64,000 nt of DNA from positions 14,570,001-14,634,000 of the forward strand of contig NC_090340.1 in the NCBI RefSeq assembly GCF_035084215.1. The letters run 5' to 3'. The position numbers were made by a program, and so were the translations under genes. Source of the stretch: Heptranchias perlo (lineage: Eukaryota). The notes beneath the pieces were generated by a model. The model was not told the DNA's origin. It did not search any database and saw nothing but the letters and a program-made list of their open reading frames with translations. Shown here piece by piece: positions 38,045 to 50,816 of this stretch. Position 1 is the first letter of the stretch. Each line of letters opens with the position of its first letter.

Positions 38045-40310
38045 TACATTCGAACCAGCCTTTGTGTAGAGAGTATTTTACCTCTCCCTTTATTTTTTGA
38101 GATTATGTTCAATTTGTGGTCAGTCGTTACAGTCTACTGACCACTGGAAACAATCTATCATTATTACCTTATCATAACGCCTCATGCTCTTGAAAGCCTC
38201 TATCAGGTCACTGCCTAAATTTTTCAACTCAAGTGAAAGGTGTCCAAGCTTCTCAAATAATAACAACTCCACATTCCTGGTAATAAAGCCTGCCCCTTTT
38301 CAATTGTTTTTATATCCTTCCTTAGCTTTAGAAAAGCTCTTACATCAGTTGAAGATTATCTCCTTGAAATTGTATTCAATGCCACCAAATACAAAACCAT
38401 GACATTCCCTTGCATCTTTATTGTACAATAAACTTCTGCTGCCATCATTATTTAAGGTCCCTTTGCTGCTCTCCATTTAGAATCCTATAATTTTTGATGG
38501 ATTTCCTATTCTTTCTTCCAGAAATGTACTATTTTACATTTTTTTACATTCTCCATGGAATATTTATCTGCCCTTCGAACTAACTATCGATGTCGCCTGC
38601 AGGATTTCACAAGCTGCATCAGAATATCCGTCTTACCTCCCCATTAGGTGTTATCAGCAAATTTTAATGTTGCTCCCTCAATTCCCCAGTCGAGATAATT
38701 AATCTTTATAACAAATATAAGCAGCTCAACACAGACGCCGGGGAACATCTCTCGGCACGCCTTTCAACTCGGAGAAGCGTCCTTTTACCCTTGCACTTTG
38801 TTTTCTGTCCTCCAACCATCTCTGTATCCACCTGGCCACCTTGTCCTTACTTCCACGTGCCTTTGTGATATGTGGTATCTTATCAACTACGTTTTCAAAA
38901 TTCATGCAATCTACATCTGCGGTACTCTCTTTTTCTCTATCCTCTCTGTTATTTCTTCAATTCATTCTTTGAATCTGTTTTTTTCGAAATCCGTACTGCC
39001 AGGACTTGATTAGCTTAGGTTTCTACAAGTTTTATGCCGACTGACGTAGGTCCTGCTAAATGCGAGTAAATGTGCAACTGTTTACCTGTCATTTTATGTT
39101 TCAGGTTGCTTCACATTCTATTTTCTCATCTATTTACAACTCGTTGGCTTCGAGATGAAGATTAAGTCAACGTGGTGTAGATTATTTTGATAATTAGTTA
39201 ACCGAAAGTGATACATTCATGGGTAATGGTACAAAATTAAAATTTGGGCGTTTTGTGTTCTGTGTCCTGCGTTGTGATACAATGTAAGCTATCAACGAAG
39301 TGTTGATTTTAGCTGCACCAGATGTTTTGCGAAATAGGTACACTAGCGAATCGTTTTATCGAGCTAAATAAACAAACGGTTAAGTAGTTCAGCTCGAAGC
39401 ACCACCTGCTCAAACTTTAAATTTAGGTCTGTTAATTCCAACATCATCAAAACGTGCCGAAAGTCAAATAATGGTAGTTATTAAACACCATGTTTCAATG
39501 TAATTGTGATAACATACGATATTCACATTCAACTGAGATACGATTTCATATTTGCCGTTGTAACATCTGCTATCATCATCAATAGTACAGTCTGAAATAT
39601 ATAATCCCCTTAAGGCGCCTGTTTGTATTCCATTCTTTCCAATTTCTTCTATTATATTAAGTGTAAGGTAAACCGCAAAAGTGTTTCCTAAATACATTTT
39701 CTGGCGTTTCATTTATTCATCGGTACACAAATACAGTGAAATTGGTTAAACCCATGACACTTGGCATAATTTCTTCGTGTACTGCAATACTGTAAGATTA
39801 ATCACACGGGCTTCCAAATTGAAGTTCTTGGTATTGTCCAAAATGTCAACAGAGTTCGGCTAAAATGAAGCGCATGTTATTTAGTCGCCCCATAATTGTA
39901 ACTATTTATGTGACATGTTATGAAGAACGTTACTCATTCAAGTTGTTCCTATCGCGTGTTTTACGCCTGAGAACTAGAGATTGGAGGCGATAAAGGAGGA
40001 GATTTTGCAAATACTTTTGAATGCGGCATCTCACAGCCCCGCTCCAAACACATTAGGGCACTGGGCAAAGGGAAGAAGTCCGCATTCGGGATATCACAGG
40101 AGAGGGAATTCCACATGGAATTCCTGCTGCTCGACCGCCCGGCAGCACCAGTTCATAACAAGGGGTGACTGGAAGACAGTAATAAGTGGAGAGTTATTTC
40201 CCTTTAAAACATTGTAGGAATATAAGATAAATCTGTTATGAATATCTGTGTTAGAAGAAGCAGAATCGGTGAAATTGACACCTGTTTTGAGAAAGTAAAA
40301 TGTTGGTAAG
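38045..40310 (+). repeat. Intergenic segmental-duplication unit upstream of copy D
   Basis: Colinear with ~47615-49350, ~54600-56740 and ~23660-24375, and in reverse with ~1850-2150 plus 3960-4400 (e.g. ctaaataaagaacatggctc near 55965 vs gagccatgttctttatttag near 4151). Confidence 0.8.
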
Positions 40311-40781
40311 CGCAAAGTGATCGTGACACGGGCGACTGCACTGGTTGCTTAGGAACAAAACGGTCAGCAAATCTCACTTCACCAACGAAACCGATCTTCC
40401 GAACCTGCAGATACAGGGTGTAGAACGTCATTGTGACGCATTTCAGCTTAAATATTCAGCAGACCCTTCTTCTAATGGCAAACTCATGATCAGTGCAGTC
40501 TGTGATCAGAGTAATCTTTTACTCGTAATGTTGTCGAGTGTAATACTTCTGTTCCTGCACCTGTCTCTCGGGGAATTATTTACACAGGTATCTTTTATTC
40601 TCTATCCCAGCTGTCTCAGTAAAAAATGCACCTGAAGGTGTTACCACTTAAACTGAATGACATTTAGTTCGTCTGTCTATATTCTTCTTTCTCTAATTTA
40701 TTTCCATGTACAAATATTTTCTAAAGTGCCTGGTTCCACATAGCATATAAGTAACCAGATCTTTAATATATTTTCTAACAG

Positions 40782-41084
40782 CTGCCGCGCGTATTTCTCA
40801 ACCCCCCGAACAAGTGATTGCATTAAGGGGGGCAGATATCACCTTCTACTGTGTAATCCCGCTCTCTCAGGACAACTCAGAAGTGCATTGGTGGAAACAC
40901 GGCGAGAAAGAATATTTGCAAACAACGGCCGATAACAGAAAGCGATTTGGTGTCAAAAATAAAGAAGCCAGTTTCTTTGAGCTGCGGAACGTGACTTTCC
41001 AGGACTCTGGAATCTATCAATGCACAGTGATCCGTCAGGGAAGAGTTCGTGGAAATGGAACGGGCTCAAATCTAATTGTGTGCG
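40782..41084 (+). CDS. Copy D V-set exon (intact)
   Basis: ISQPP...GADITFYC, VHWWKH, FQDSGIYQCTV, GNGTGSNLIV; 303 nt, AG/GT intact. Confidence 0.85.
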
Positions 41085-41460
41085 GTAAGTGACTGGGGTG
41101 AGTGGGAACTTCCAAATGTATCAAATGTAACAGTATAAAACATTTATATTAATACATTTACAGTCAAACTCAATGTCACTCCGATTTCTCTGTACATAGC
41201 TGTTAATTACACCGCACAATATGGCGCTTCATTTGCTGAGTTGTGTGAAATTCCATCAATATTAACCAGAGTAAGTAACATGTTACTGGATTCATCTCAA
41301 CATGTAGTTTCTACATCAGACTTCTGATGAGGGAAGGTGCGGAACAAATTCCAAACATATTGATGACTGATTCATATTAATGCGTCTCCCCCGTCATATA
41401 CAGGGGTTTAACCCTATTTTAGAAGCTTTATTTGTCCCTGTCGCTGTCAGTGGGGTTTAA

Positions 41461-41506
41461 CGGTCACTCCTGAAATTAATGCTCACATTAATTTCAGGAG
41501 TGACCG
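41461..41506. repeat. Perfect 21-bp inverted repeat with 4-nt loop
   Basis: cggtcactcctgaaattaatg-ctca-cattaatttcaggagtgaccg. Confidence 0.95.
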
Positions 41507-44500
41507 AATGGCGGTTCGAATGGCGGATTTCAGATAAGCTACAATTAACTGTTAATCATTGGATTTACTCAACACATAGAACCATGAACCAGAACTTTGC
41601 CGCCGCTTTCCCCTGCAATAAACGAATCATTCCCCAGAAATTGTGTTGCTGAAGCCTTCTGAGGTTGAGCGGAAAGTAATTTCCCTGAGCCGATCCCATG
41701 CTCCTGCTGTGTGGGCTTCCCGATATCCACTAGGGCCCTCCTTTCATTATCAGTAATACACAGATTACTCGTTTCTCTCTTGGGGAGACAGACAGACAGA
41801 GCTAGAGATCCTAACAGAGAAGGACAGAGGATGCCATTCTTCTCCCACATCTTCTGTTTCAGATCTCCCCAGAAACCTGATTTTCCCCATTTTCTGTCCG
41901 CAGCTGCCCCAACTCCACTGAAGATTGTCTCCAGGACACCCGAGAGCAAATCACCGACTTCTCTGACTCTTGTGTGTGAAACGGCTGAGTTTTACCCGGA
42001 GGATTTCACCCTCACTTGGTATAAAAATGGCGTCAAAACCACAACTGGGATAAATATCACGAAACGCAGAACACTGAGGGTCTGTATGAAGTTTCCAGCA
42101 CTTTGGAAGTGACTCAGCCGAAGCGGAATGGGTCTGTTTACACCTGTTTGGTAACTCATGTCACCCTCCAGGAACCCGCCATTGTAACCTACAATGTCAG
42201 CAATTCCAACCCAGGTAAGGGGTCGAAGAAGTGAGGTCAGCTATTGTTAAATACTGAACGGATATTTCATAGGGTTTGTTCATATTAATAATCATGAAGA
42301 TGATTCACGGATAATTCACGGAAAACTCATGGGAAATTTCTACAAAGCATAAAATGCATATTTTAATGTAAAACATCATTGACAACGGGTAGTAAAAGCT
42401 GAAGTTATATCATTCGCCACACATAGGTATTCAGTCAAACCTCAATAGCCTTCAAATTTCTGTATTTGATGTAAAGCAAATATAAGCAGAGGTTGATTTT
42501 TGTTATCTGATTATATTTCATATTCTGCTTATTATTTATCACATTTTATTTATTTTTGTTTCCATGTTAAAATGGTTTTATTCGTTACTATTATCTAGCT
42601 TTCCTGCAACAGGAAGATTACCAGGAGCTACATTCAAGTTGTCGGCTCTCGGGTTTCGCCGAATGCAATTTGCGATCCTGACCCCCCTTTTCGGCGACTC
42701 CCAGTGAAGAGTTCTGAAATTAATTCTCTGACTAACTTGTACCCCTCACCCCTCCATGGCACAACGGATTGGAGTGGACCGGTCTCATAAATTGCATTGA
42801 AACGGTGCTCACAACCTGGCTGCAGTTCTGCCGGTTACACCGTTTTATTAAAAGCTATTTGCCTGGTCAGGCGACAGTGAATAAACCATCGCGCGTTGAT
42901 CTCCTATTTTGCGATATTCTTACCTCAATAAATACAGTGCAGTGTAGATGTGTGAATTGGGCGTTTTAACCGATTTCTGCAATTCGGCATTTTGTGCGGG
43001 CAACGGTGAAATGATTGTCACCGAATTGCCTGCGATTTGATCAGACAATAAATAAAGAACATGAGAAAAGTCAAGGGTAAGAACAAACCATTCGGTCCAG
43101 GGAAACATCCCTCTCGTATTCTACCTCTTCTAAAACAGTGTTTCAAAAGTCATAAATTCAGTACCCCTCCTCGAAGATAATTCCAGAAATGTCTCATCCA
43201 TTTCAGACATTTGAGAAATTCCTTCCAACATTATATCCAAAAAAGTAACATTTTTAATTTAGACTTCCTTATTGCCGTTCTATGCAGTTACTGAAAGCAT
43301 CATTACTTTAACCAATACGCTCTCTTCTGGCACCTTTTTAGGAAACACCCGCCATAACGTACAACTCAATATATATGCTCCTATTGTTCTTACAGATCCT
43401 GTCGGTATGTCTCTTTACTACTCGGGTTTTAGATATGCCATGGGCGGTGCGGCGTTTCTAGTGCTCCTGGTCATCACCGGGACGCACTGCCAATTGCAGG
43501 TTAATGAAGGTAAGATCTATCGTAAGCGTTCGATTTGCATACAAAACTTCAGGGAGCGGTGGGGAGAGGTAGTGTGAGACTCCGAATAACACAAAGAAGG
43601 CAGTGTTATCTGATTTCAGGGAGCGTCCATTGTTCCAACAGTAACAGATTCTGCACTTTATCCTCACAGAATCAGATTAAAAATGGATCCGATTACCTGT
43701 ATATTTGCAACAACAATTTCCACTTTGCAGTGTGATAAACGAACTGTACCCTGACACATAATCACTTTCCAAACTAGTGGGTTGTGGGTCCCCAACTAGT
43801 TTGAATGAAGCGGTGTGAGGCTCCGGCCGATAATGGCCATAGGTCATTGCTGATCTCTACCGGGACTCCGATTCATTAACTATCGGTACAATCTGAAATT
43901 GAAAATCATGTTCCGCTTCATACTGGCTCTGGAAAGGTCTTTGAAATCACTTTGAAATCTTGGAAACTCAGTAAATATTTCAATCGTTCCTTATAATGAC
44001 ATTTCATTAATTCACAGGGAAAAAAGGCAAAGACTGGACCGAACGGTCGTGAAAGGCCGGTACGTTCATCCATTCATCACAGCAAAGTGTTCAAATATGC
44101 AGAAAGATTGATATCATGGAGATATTTTTATCATAATCATGTCAGAACAGTTTGCCTATTTCCTAAAAGTATTTGTTTTGTTCCGCTTAATAGGTCATTC
44201 AAATCGTGTTCAGAAAAATATTTGACGCTGGCGGGGAAAGATTTCACCCCCGAGGGCGAAATTGGTTTTCGGAAAAGAAAGGCGAGTGCAGTGTACAACG
44301 GGCGGCCGCTTCCCTATCGCCCGTTTCGCGCTACCGCCGAAGGCCAATTTCACCCAGTCTCCGGTGTGTTGCTATTTTAAATTATTAATTAGTAGAAAAT
44401 AAAACTGTCAGTTTCGTTGAAAATGTATCTAAGTAATTACTGTTTATAGAGTCAATATTATTTATAATTGGGGAAATTCTTAATATTGTGGAACAACCGC

Positions 44501-44577
44501 TCATTTAATCATTTATGTGGTGTATAATGAACATTGACGGGTTTACATAATAAGTTATAGCGAGCACAGTACTCAGC

Positions 44578-45850
44578 GGTCAGTTTGGGTTCCGCCAGGA
44601 CCACTCGGCTCCAGACCTCATTTCAGCCTTGGTCCAAACATGGACAAATGAGCTGTATTCCAGAGGTGAGGTGAGAGTGACTGCCCTTGACATCAAGGCA
44701 GCATTTGACCGAGTGTGGCACCAAGGAGCCCTAGTAAAATTGAAGTCAATGGGAATCAGGGGGAAAACTGTCCAGTGGCTGGAGCCATACCTAGCACAAA
44801 GGAAGATGGTAGTGGTTGTTGGAGGCCAATCATCTCAGCCCCAGGACATTGCTGCAGGAGTTCCTCAAGGCAGTGTCCTAGGCCCAACCATCTTCAGCTG
44901 CTTCATCAATGACCTTCCCTCCATCATAAGGTCAGAAATGGGGATGTTCGCTGATGATTGCACAGTGTTCAGTTCCATTCGCAACCCCTCAAATAATGAA
45001 GCAGTCCGTGCCTGCATGCAGCAAGACCTGGACAACATCCAGGCTTGGGCTCATAAGTGGCAAGCAACATTCGCTCCAGATAAGTGTCAGGCAATGACCA
45101 TCTCCAACAAGAGAGAGTCTAACCACCTCCCCTTGACATTCAATGGCATTACCATTGCCGAATCCCCCACCATCAACAACCTGGGGGTCACCATTGACCA
45201 GAAACGTAACTGGACCAGCCATATAAATACTGTGGCTACGAGAGCAGGTCAGAGGCTGGGTATTCTGCGGCGAGTGACTCACCTCCTGACTCCCCAAAGC
45301 CTTTCCACCATCTACAAGGCACAAGTCAGGAGTGTGATGGGATACTCTCGACTTTCTTGGATGAGTGCAGCTCCAACAACACTCAAGAAGCTCGACACCA
45401 TCCAAGATAAAGCAGCCCGCTTGATTGGCTCCCCATCCACCACCCTAAACATTCATTCCCTTCACCACCAGCGCACAGTGGCTGCAGTGTGTACCATCCA
45501 CAGGATGCACTGCAGCAACTCGCCAAGGCTTCTTCGACAGCACCTCTCAAACCTGCGACCTCCACCACCTAGAAGGACAAGAACAGCAGGCACATGTGAA
45601 CAACACCACCTGCACGTTCCCCTCCAAGTCACATACCATCCCCACTTGGAAATATAACGCCGTTCCTTCATCGTCGCTGGGTCAAAATCCTGGAACTCCC
45701 TTCCTAACAGCACAGTGGGAGAACCGTCACCACACGGACTGCAGCGGTTCAAGAAGGTGGCTCAGCACCACCTTCTCAAGGACAATTAGGGATGGGCAAT
45801 AAATTCCGGCCTCACCAGCGACGCCCACATCCCATTAACGAATAAAAAAA
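44578..45850 (+). mobile_element. LINE, same family as 26205-29478, 5'-truncated, in copy D intron 5
   Basis: 342-aa RT ORF 44629-45657 and A-rich tail at ~45841-45850. Confidence 0.92.
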
Positions 45851-47419
45851 CATTCCCACTTATGTAACAATATTAATTATGGTTTCTGCAGTTTATCTCT
45901 TGTCTACGTTGTTTTGTTCACTGTTTAACTCGTAGTCTGTAAACTATGAACTAGCAAATGAACTAGCAAACATACCAAAACATATACTTGTCCATGGCCC
46001 ATGTAGGAAGCAAAGGCTGAGATCGTTGATACGCTGCTTTCGGTTTGAACAGAACTCATTAAACTTCAAGACGTAAACTTGAATTGAAGAAGATTGTTTA
46101 CAATCAGGCGGGGGTGGGAAGCGGATCAGACAGACACAGATCACCAGCGTAGCACCAATATTCATGAGATAACGGAAAATATAAGGCTGGCTGACTCTGG
46201 TCGTGCATTGTATCTAAAGCTGTTTGTGTGTTATTCTGTTGATTATTTTCGGCAGCAGTCCACAAACTGGCAAACCCACCAATTAAAAATATTCCCAAAC
46301 ACGGGTTACAGACCAAAAATGGACCCTAGCGACTCTAGGCTCCCAAAAAATGGGGAAATCCCAAAATAACAAATAAACACAGATTAACATATTCCAGTAT
46401 TATATCATTCAAAGAAGGTGTAATTGTTTGTTATTGCTTATATGTTTGAGGAATTTTCATTGATTTACCTGTACGAAAAACTTACTTTCTTTGTACCTTT
46501 TTGATCAATCTGTTATGTTTTGCAGATGAGAAATCTCTGCAATTATATACGAACTGTTTTTTTTGTACCTGGTTATTATCATGCTTAACTTCAATAAAAA
46601 TAGATGTTCTACGATTTCTCTCTTATCAACCATTAGTGATAATTTTTCTTCTCGAGAAAAACTGCAAAACCTGAATTTTGATCTATGTGTTGGCTTGGTG
46701 TATTGTGACTTCCAGTCCAGGCGATTCTCCTGATGTGGAAGGCAGAACGCTCCAATCTATGGACTCGTCCATAAACCCACTGAACCCAGCTTGCATTTGA
46801 TGGAACATGAGGTGCCTTTCTCTAATTTCTGAATGAATATCCATTTAGCCCAGACAATTCCAAGTGGCTCCCAAAGGAAATGCCCCGATTATTCTCATTA
46901 TGCTCTCTCTTCAAAAGGACAGAGATTCTAGACAGTTCTGAGACAAGCAACAAGAATGAATCCGGGACCTGGCAGTTAAGTTGTGAGAAAAACCCCACGG
47001 AGCCGATTGCATTTTTATTGGAGGTAATAACAAATTACAAAGGATTCAGCCCTTTAAAATGTTGAAAGACGTGGCTGATGTAGATAAGCTCGCTGTGTGA
47101 CTTCACACGCAACAACAGGTTCTGAATTAACAATTCCCAAAGAAGAGAATAGATTTACAACCATTTTTTACTGTGGCTGTTTGTTCAGCTGGGGGATAAC
47201 TAGTAGTTTGAATGGTTAAACTGTCATCTATTTGGAAGTAGATCACTTGAATTACAGGGTGAGAACTATCTGGTTGCTGGAAGAATAGCAGCCCAACAGT
47301 TCCAGCGACTAAGCCTTCAACTCAGAAATTAAAGATAATACAAGACGTAGTGAATCGGTTGCATTTTATTTGGCCTAACTGTCTTTGTTTGATGACTCTG
47401 TGCATTAACAAGCGTTTTA

Positions 47420-49350
47420 GAGTCCTAGAATGTTACAGCAGAGAAGCAGATCTTTGGGCTTCTAAAGTCTGAACGTTTTTTCTCTCCACATGAACCACTT
47501 AATTTGACTTATTTTGCTTTTAGTTTCTCACAATCTTTAATATCCCTCTTTTCAAGCAACTAATTCCATTCTAAAAGAAATCCTGTGCTGGGGTTGTTGC
47601 AGAGAACTTTATATCACATTCTAACCAGCCTCCGTGTAGAGAGTATTTTACCTCTCCCTTTATTTTTTGAGATTATGTTAAATTTCTGGTCAGTCGCTAC
47701 AGTTTACTGACCACTGGAAGCAATATATAATTATTACCTTATCATAACGCGTCTTAGTGTTGAAAACCTCTTAAACATCTCAGCTCAAGTCAAAGATGTC
47801 CAAGCTTCTCAAATAATAACAACCCCACGTTCCTGGTAATTATACCTGCCCCTTTTCAATTGTTTTTATATCTTTCCATAGTTTTAGAAAAACTTTTCCA
47901 CCAGCTGAACATTACCTCCTTGCTTTTGTATTTTATGCCATCAAATACTAAACCAGGACATTCCCTTTGCATTTTTATTGTACAATAAATTTCTGCTGCC
48001 ATCATTCGTTAAGGTCCCTCTGCTGCCCTCCATTTGAAATCCTATAATTTGAGATGCATTTCCCATTCTTACCTCCAGAAATGTACTATTTCACATTTCT
48101 CTCCATTCGCGATGAACTATCTACCTGCCCTTCGAACCAACTATCGATGTCGCCTGCCGGATTTCACAATCTGCATCGGAATGTCCTTCCTGCCTCCCCA
48201 TTGTTTGTCATCTGCAAATTTTAATGTTGCTCCCTCAATTCCCCAGTCAAGATAGTTAATCTTTATAATAAATAAAAGCAGCCCACCAGAGACCCCGGGG
48301 GACACATCTCGGCACATCTTTCCACTCCGAGAAATATTCTTTTACCCTTATACTTTGTTTTCTGCCCTCCAATCATCTCTCAATCCCCATAGCCACTTTG
48401 TCCTTACTTTCACGTGCTTTTGTCGTACGTGGTATCTTATCAAATGCGTTTTGAAAATCCATACAAACTACATCTGCGGCATTCTCTTTCTCTATTCTCT
48501 TTGTTATTTGTTCAATTCATTCTTTAAATCAAGCGGATTTGCTTTTTGTAAATTCGTGATTGCTGGACTTGATTAGCTCAGGTTTCTACAAGAATTTCGC
48601 AATTTTATGGCGAATGTCGCAGGCCCTGCAAATTGCAAGTAAATGTGCAACTGTTTACGTATCATTATGTTGCAGGTTGCTTCACATTGTTTTTTCTCAT
48701 CTTATAACAATTCGTTGGATTCGAGGAACATTATTGTTGTAGATTATTTTGAAAATTATTTAACCGAAAGTGACACATTTATGTGCAGTGGTACAAAATT
48801 AACATTTGGACATTCTATCAATCCTGTGTTCTGAGAAAATGTAAGATATTAACTGAGGTGTTGACGAGTCTGGATTTAGCTACACGAAATGTTTTGCTAA
48901 ATATCGACACGAGCGAATCGTTTTCTCGAGCTAAAATGAAGCGCGTGTTATTTATTCGCCCCATCAGTGTAAACATCTTTAGAAGAATGTTACACATTCA
49001 TATTGCTCCTATTACAGTGTTTTGCACCTTGGAGGTGATAAAGGAGAAGATTGTACAAATAATTTCTAATGAGGCATCTTGCAATCCTGCTCCAACCACA
49101 TCGGAGTCAAGAAATCCACATTCGTGATTTCACAGGCGAGTAATTTCCATTCGGAATTTCTGCTCCTTGACCGCCGGGAATCAGCAGTTCAGGTTCATAA
49201 CAAGGGGTCACTAAAAGACTCACTAGAGGGGTATTTCGCTTTAAAGCATTGAAGGATTATAAGACAAATCTGTCATGGATATCTGTCATGAATATCTGTA
49301 TTCGCAAGAACCAGGACCGGTGGAATTGATACACGTTTTGAGAAAGTAAA
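47420..49350 (+). repeat. Segmental-duplication unit copy, including an old decayed minus-strand CR1
   Basis: Closely similar to 38045-40310 with an internal deletion near 48935; not followed by leader or V exons. Confidence 0.8.
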
Positions 49351-50505
49351 TATTAGTGTGGGATTATAAAAATAAATGACTGGACAGTGACTATTTTTAG
49401 CATAAGGGAACTCAACATTAATTATTCCCCATTTACATCCAGTTTCATCACACGATCACAGCTTGCAGTTAATGAACAGATCAGATCATTTACATGCTTT
49501 TTTATGAATTATAATGACATTTCATAATGGATATATCCAGTATAATTGTGAATACATAATAGGGACGTTAAAGGGAGATTACGGTGTGTAATACAGTAAA
49601 AACTTATATTCATTTTATTTCCATCTTTTTACCCAGAAAGAACATAACAGAAAATAGACAGTTACCTAGTAATGTTACAAAAGCACTTCAATCAGCTGAT
49701 TTCTAGTTTGTCTCGTGTTTTCCATAACTCTTTTCAACCCTGATGGTGAGCTGAACCATAATCCTTAACAACACCCGTTCACCCATATACTCACGATTTC
49801 GACTGAGTGTACTCAGCACTGACAGAAACATGCGAGTTGGTAAATTCAAGAATGTAACGCAGTCCGCAGTCCACAACATCATTTGAGCTACTTGATGCTA
49901 AAGTTGAACATTCATTGCCTTAGTGAATGATTCTGCAGTAATGATTAAATTGCAATGTTTGAATTGATTTATGGAAATACAAATTTACAATAAAAGGCTG
50001 CACATTGGGATCAGCTTGTGTGAACAGGTAATACCAGAGAGACTCAAATTCCTATGGCAGTGGCCACACTTGATATTTAACAAACTGACGATTTTAATGA
50101 CCAAAGCAACTTAAAACCCTGACTATTTTCATAGTGGAATGCCAGCACACGCTATCTGTGTCACACTTGTATCTGGTTTGCTTAAATTAGGTTTTCATTA
50201 AGAAAGCAATAAACTACAACTGAAAATGTACAGAACGCACAAATCAAACACGAGGAAGGTGGATAGAAACAACACCGATGATGAATTCCTAAGAACATGT
50301 TGAAGTAACAAAGCATGACTGGTGAGTACAATCTACAAACAAAATAAAGAGAAACCAACGAAATTGCTCCACTTTTTGAAAATCTTTTGCTTTCTGTTCC
50401 ATCACTAAGATGAGGGTTTACTGCTGGCAAAATATCGGGGTTACAAAATTTAGAAGAAAATATTCAAACCTATTGACACAATAACATTTTCTGTGTTTTC
50501 AACAG

Positions 50506-50816
50506 ATTCTGAGAACATTTTCGGTTGGAAGCTTGCTTCTCTCTGAGAAGCCTGAGTCTACAGTGTAAGGGCTTTCCAGAGATGTCAATCTGTCGGCTGA
50601 CAAGGCAGGAGAGTACAATTCCGACCATTCACTGCTGTGACTGATTTTAACAGCCTGTGTTGAGAATTGCGAGCAAGCACTTACAGCATCTTCCTTTCTG
50701 AATCCAATGAACACGCTCATTGTCAGAACATGTCATGACTTGTGATTCGAAAACACATCCTTTGTCCCTGTGCAACAACGAAAGAGGCAATGGTGCGGAA
50801 TGATGGAAGCAAAAAG
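50506..50816 (+). pseudogene. Possible highly decayed Ig C1-like exon
   Basis: ttttcaacag| and aaag|gtaaag bracket 311 nt. Across frameshifts it reads SLSLQCKGFP, DVNLS, TYS/ASSFL and MTC...H in C1 order. Confidence 0.3.

Larger units (their letters stand above)
40528..46330 (+). pseudogene. IgSF receptor copy D: pseudogene as assembled, or short-tailed activating paralogue
   Basis: Leader 40528-40587 (1 nt short); V 40782-41084 (open); C1 41904-42214 (1 nt short); TM 43396-43509 (open, GFRYAMGGAAFLVLLVITG); exon 5 44018-44059 (in-frame TGA); decayed exon 6 (46007-~46107) and exon 7 (from ~46312). Confidence 0.8.

Noticed and set aside
41023-41062. CACAGTG heptamer right at the second Cys of the copy D V exon, suggesting an RSS
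   Set aside because: No nonamer at 12 or 23 spacing, it simply encodes C-T-V, copy B has CGCAGTG, and the J-like strand is already fused. No evidence for V(D)J recombination.
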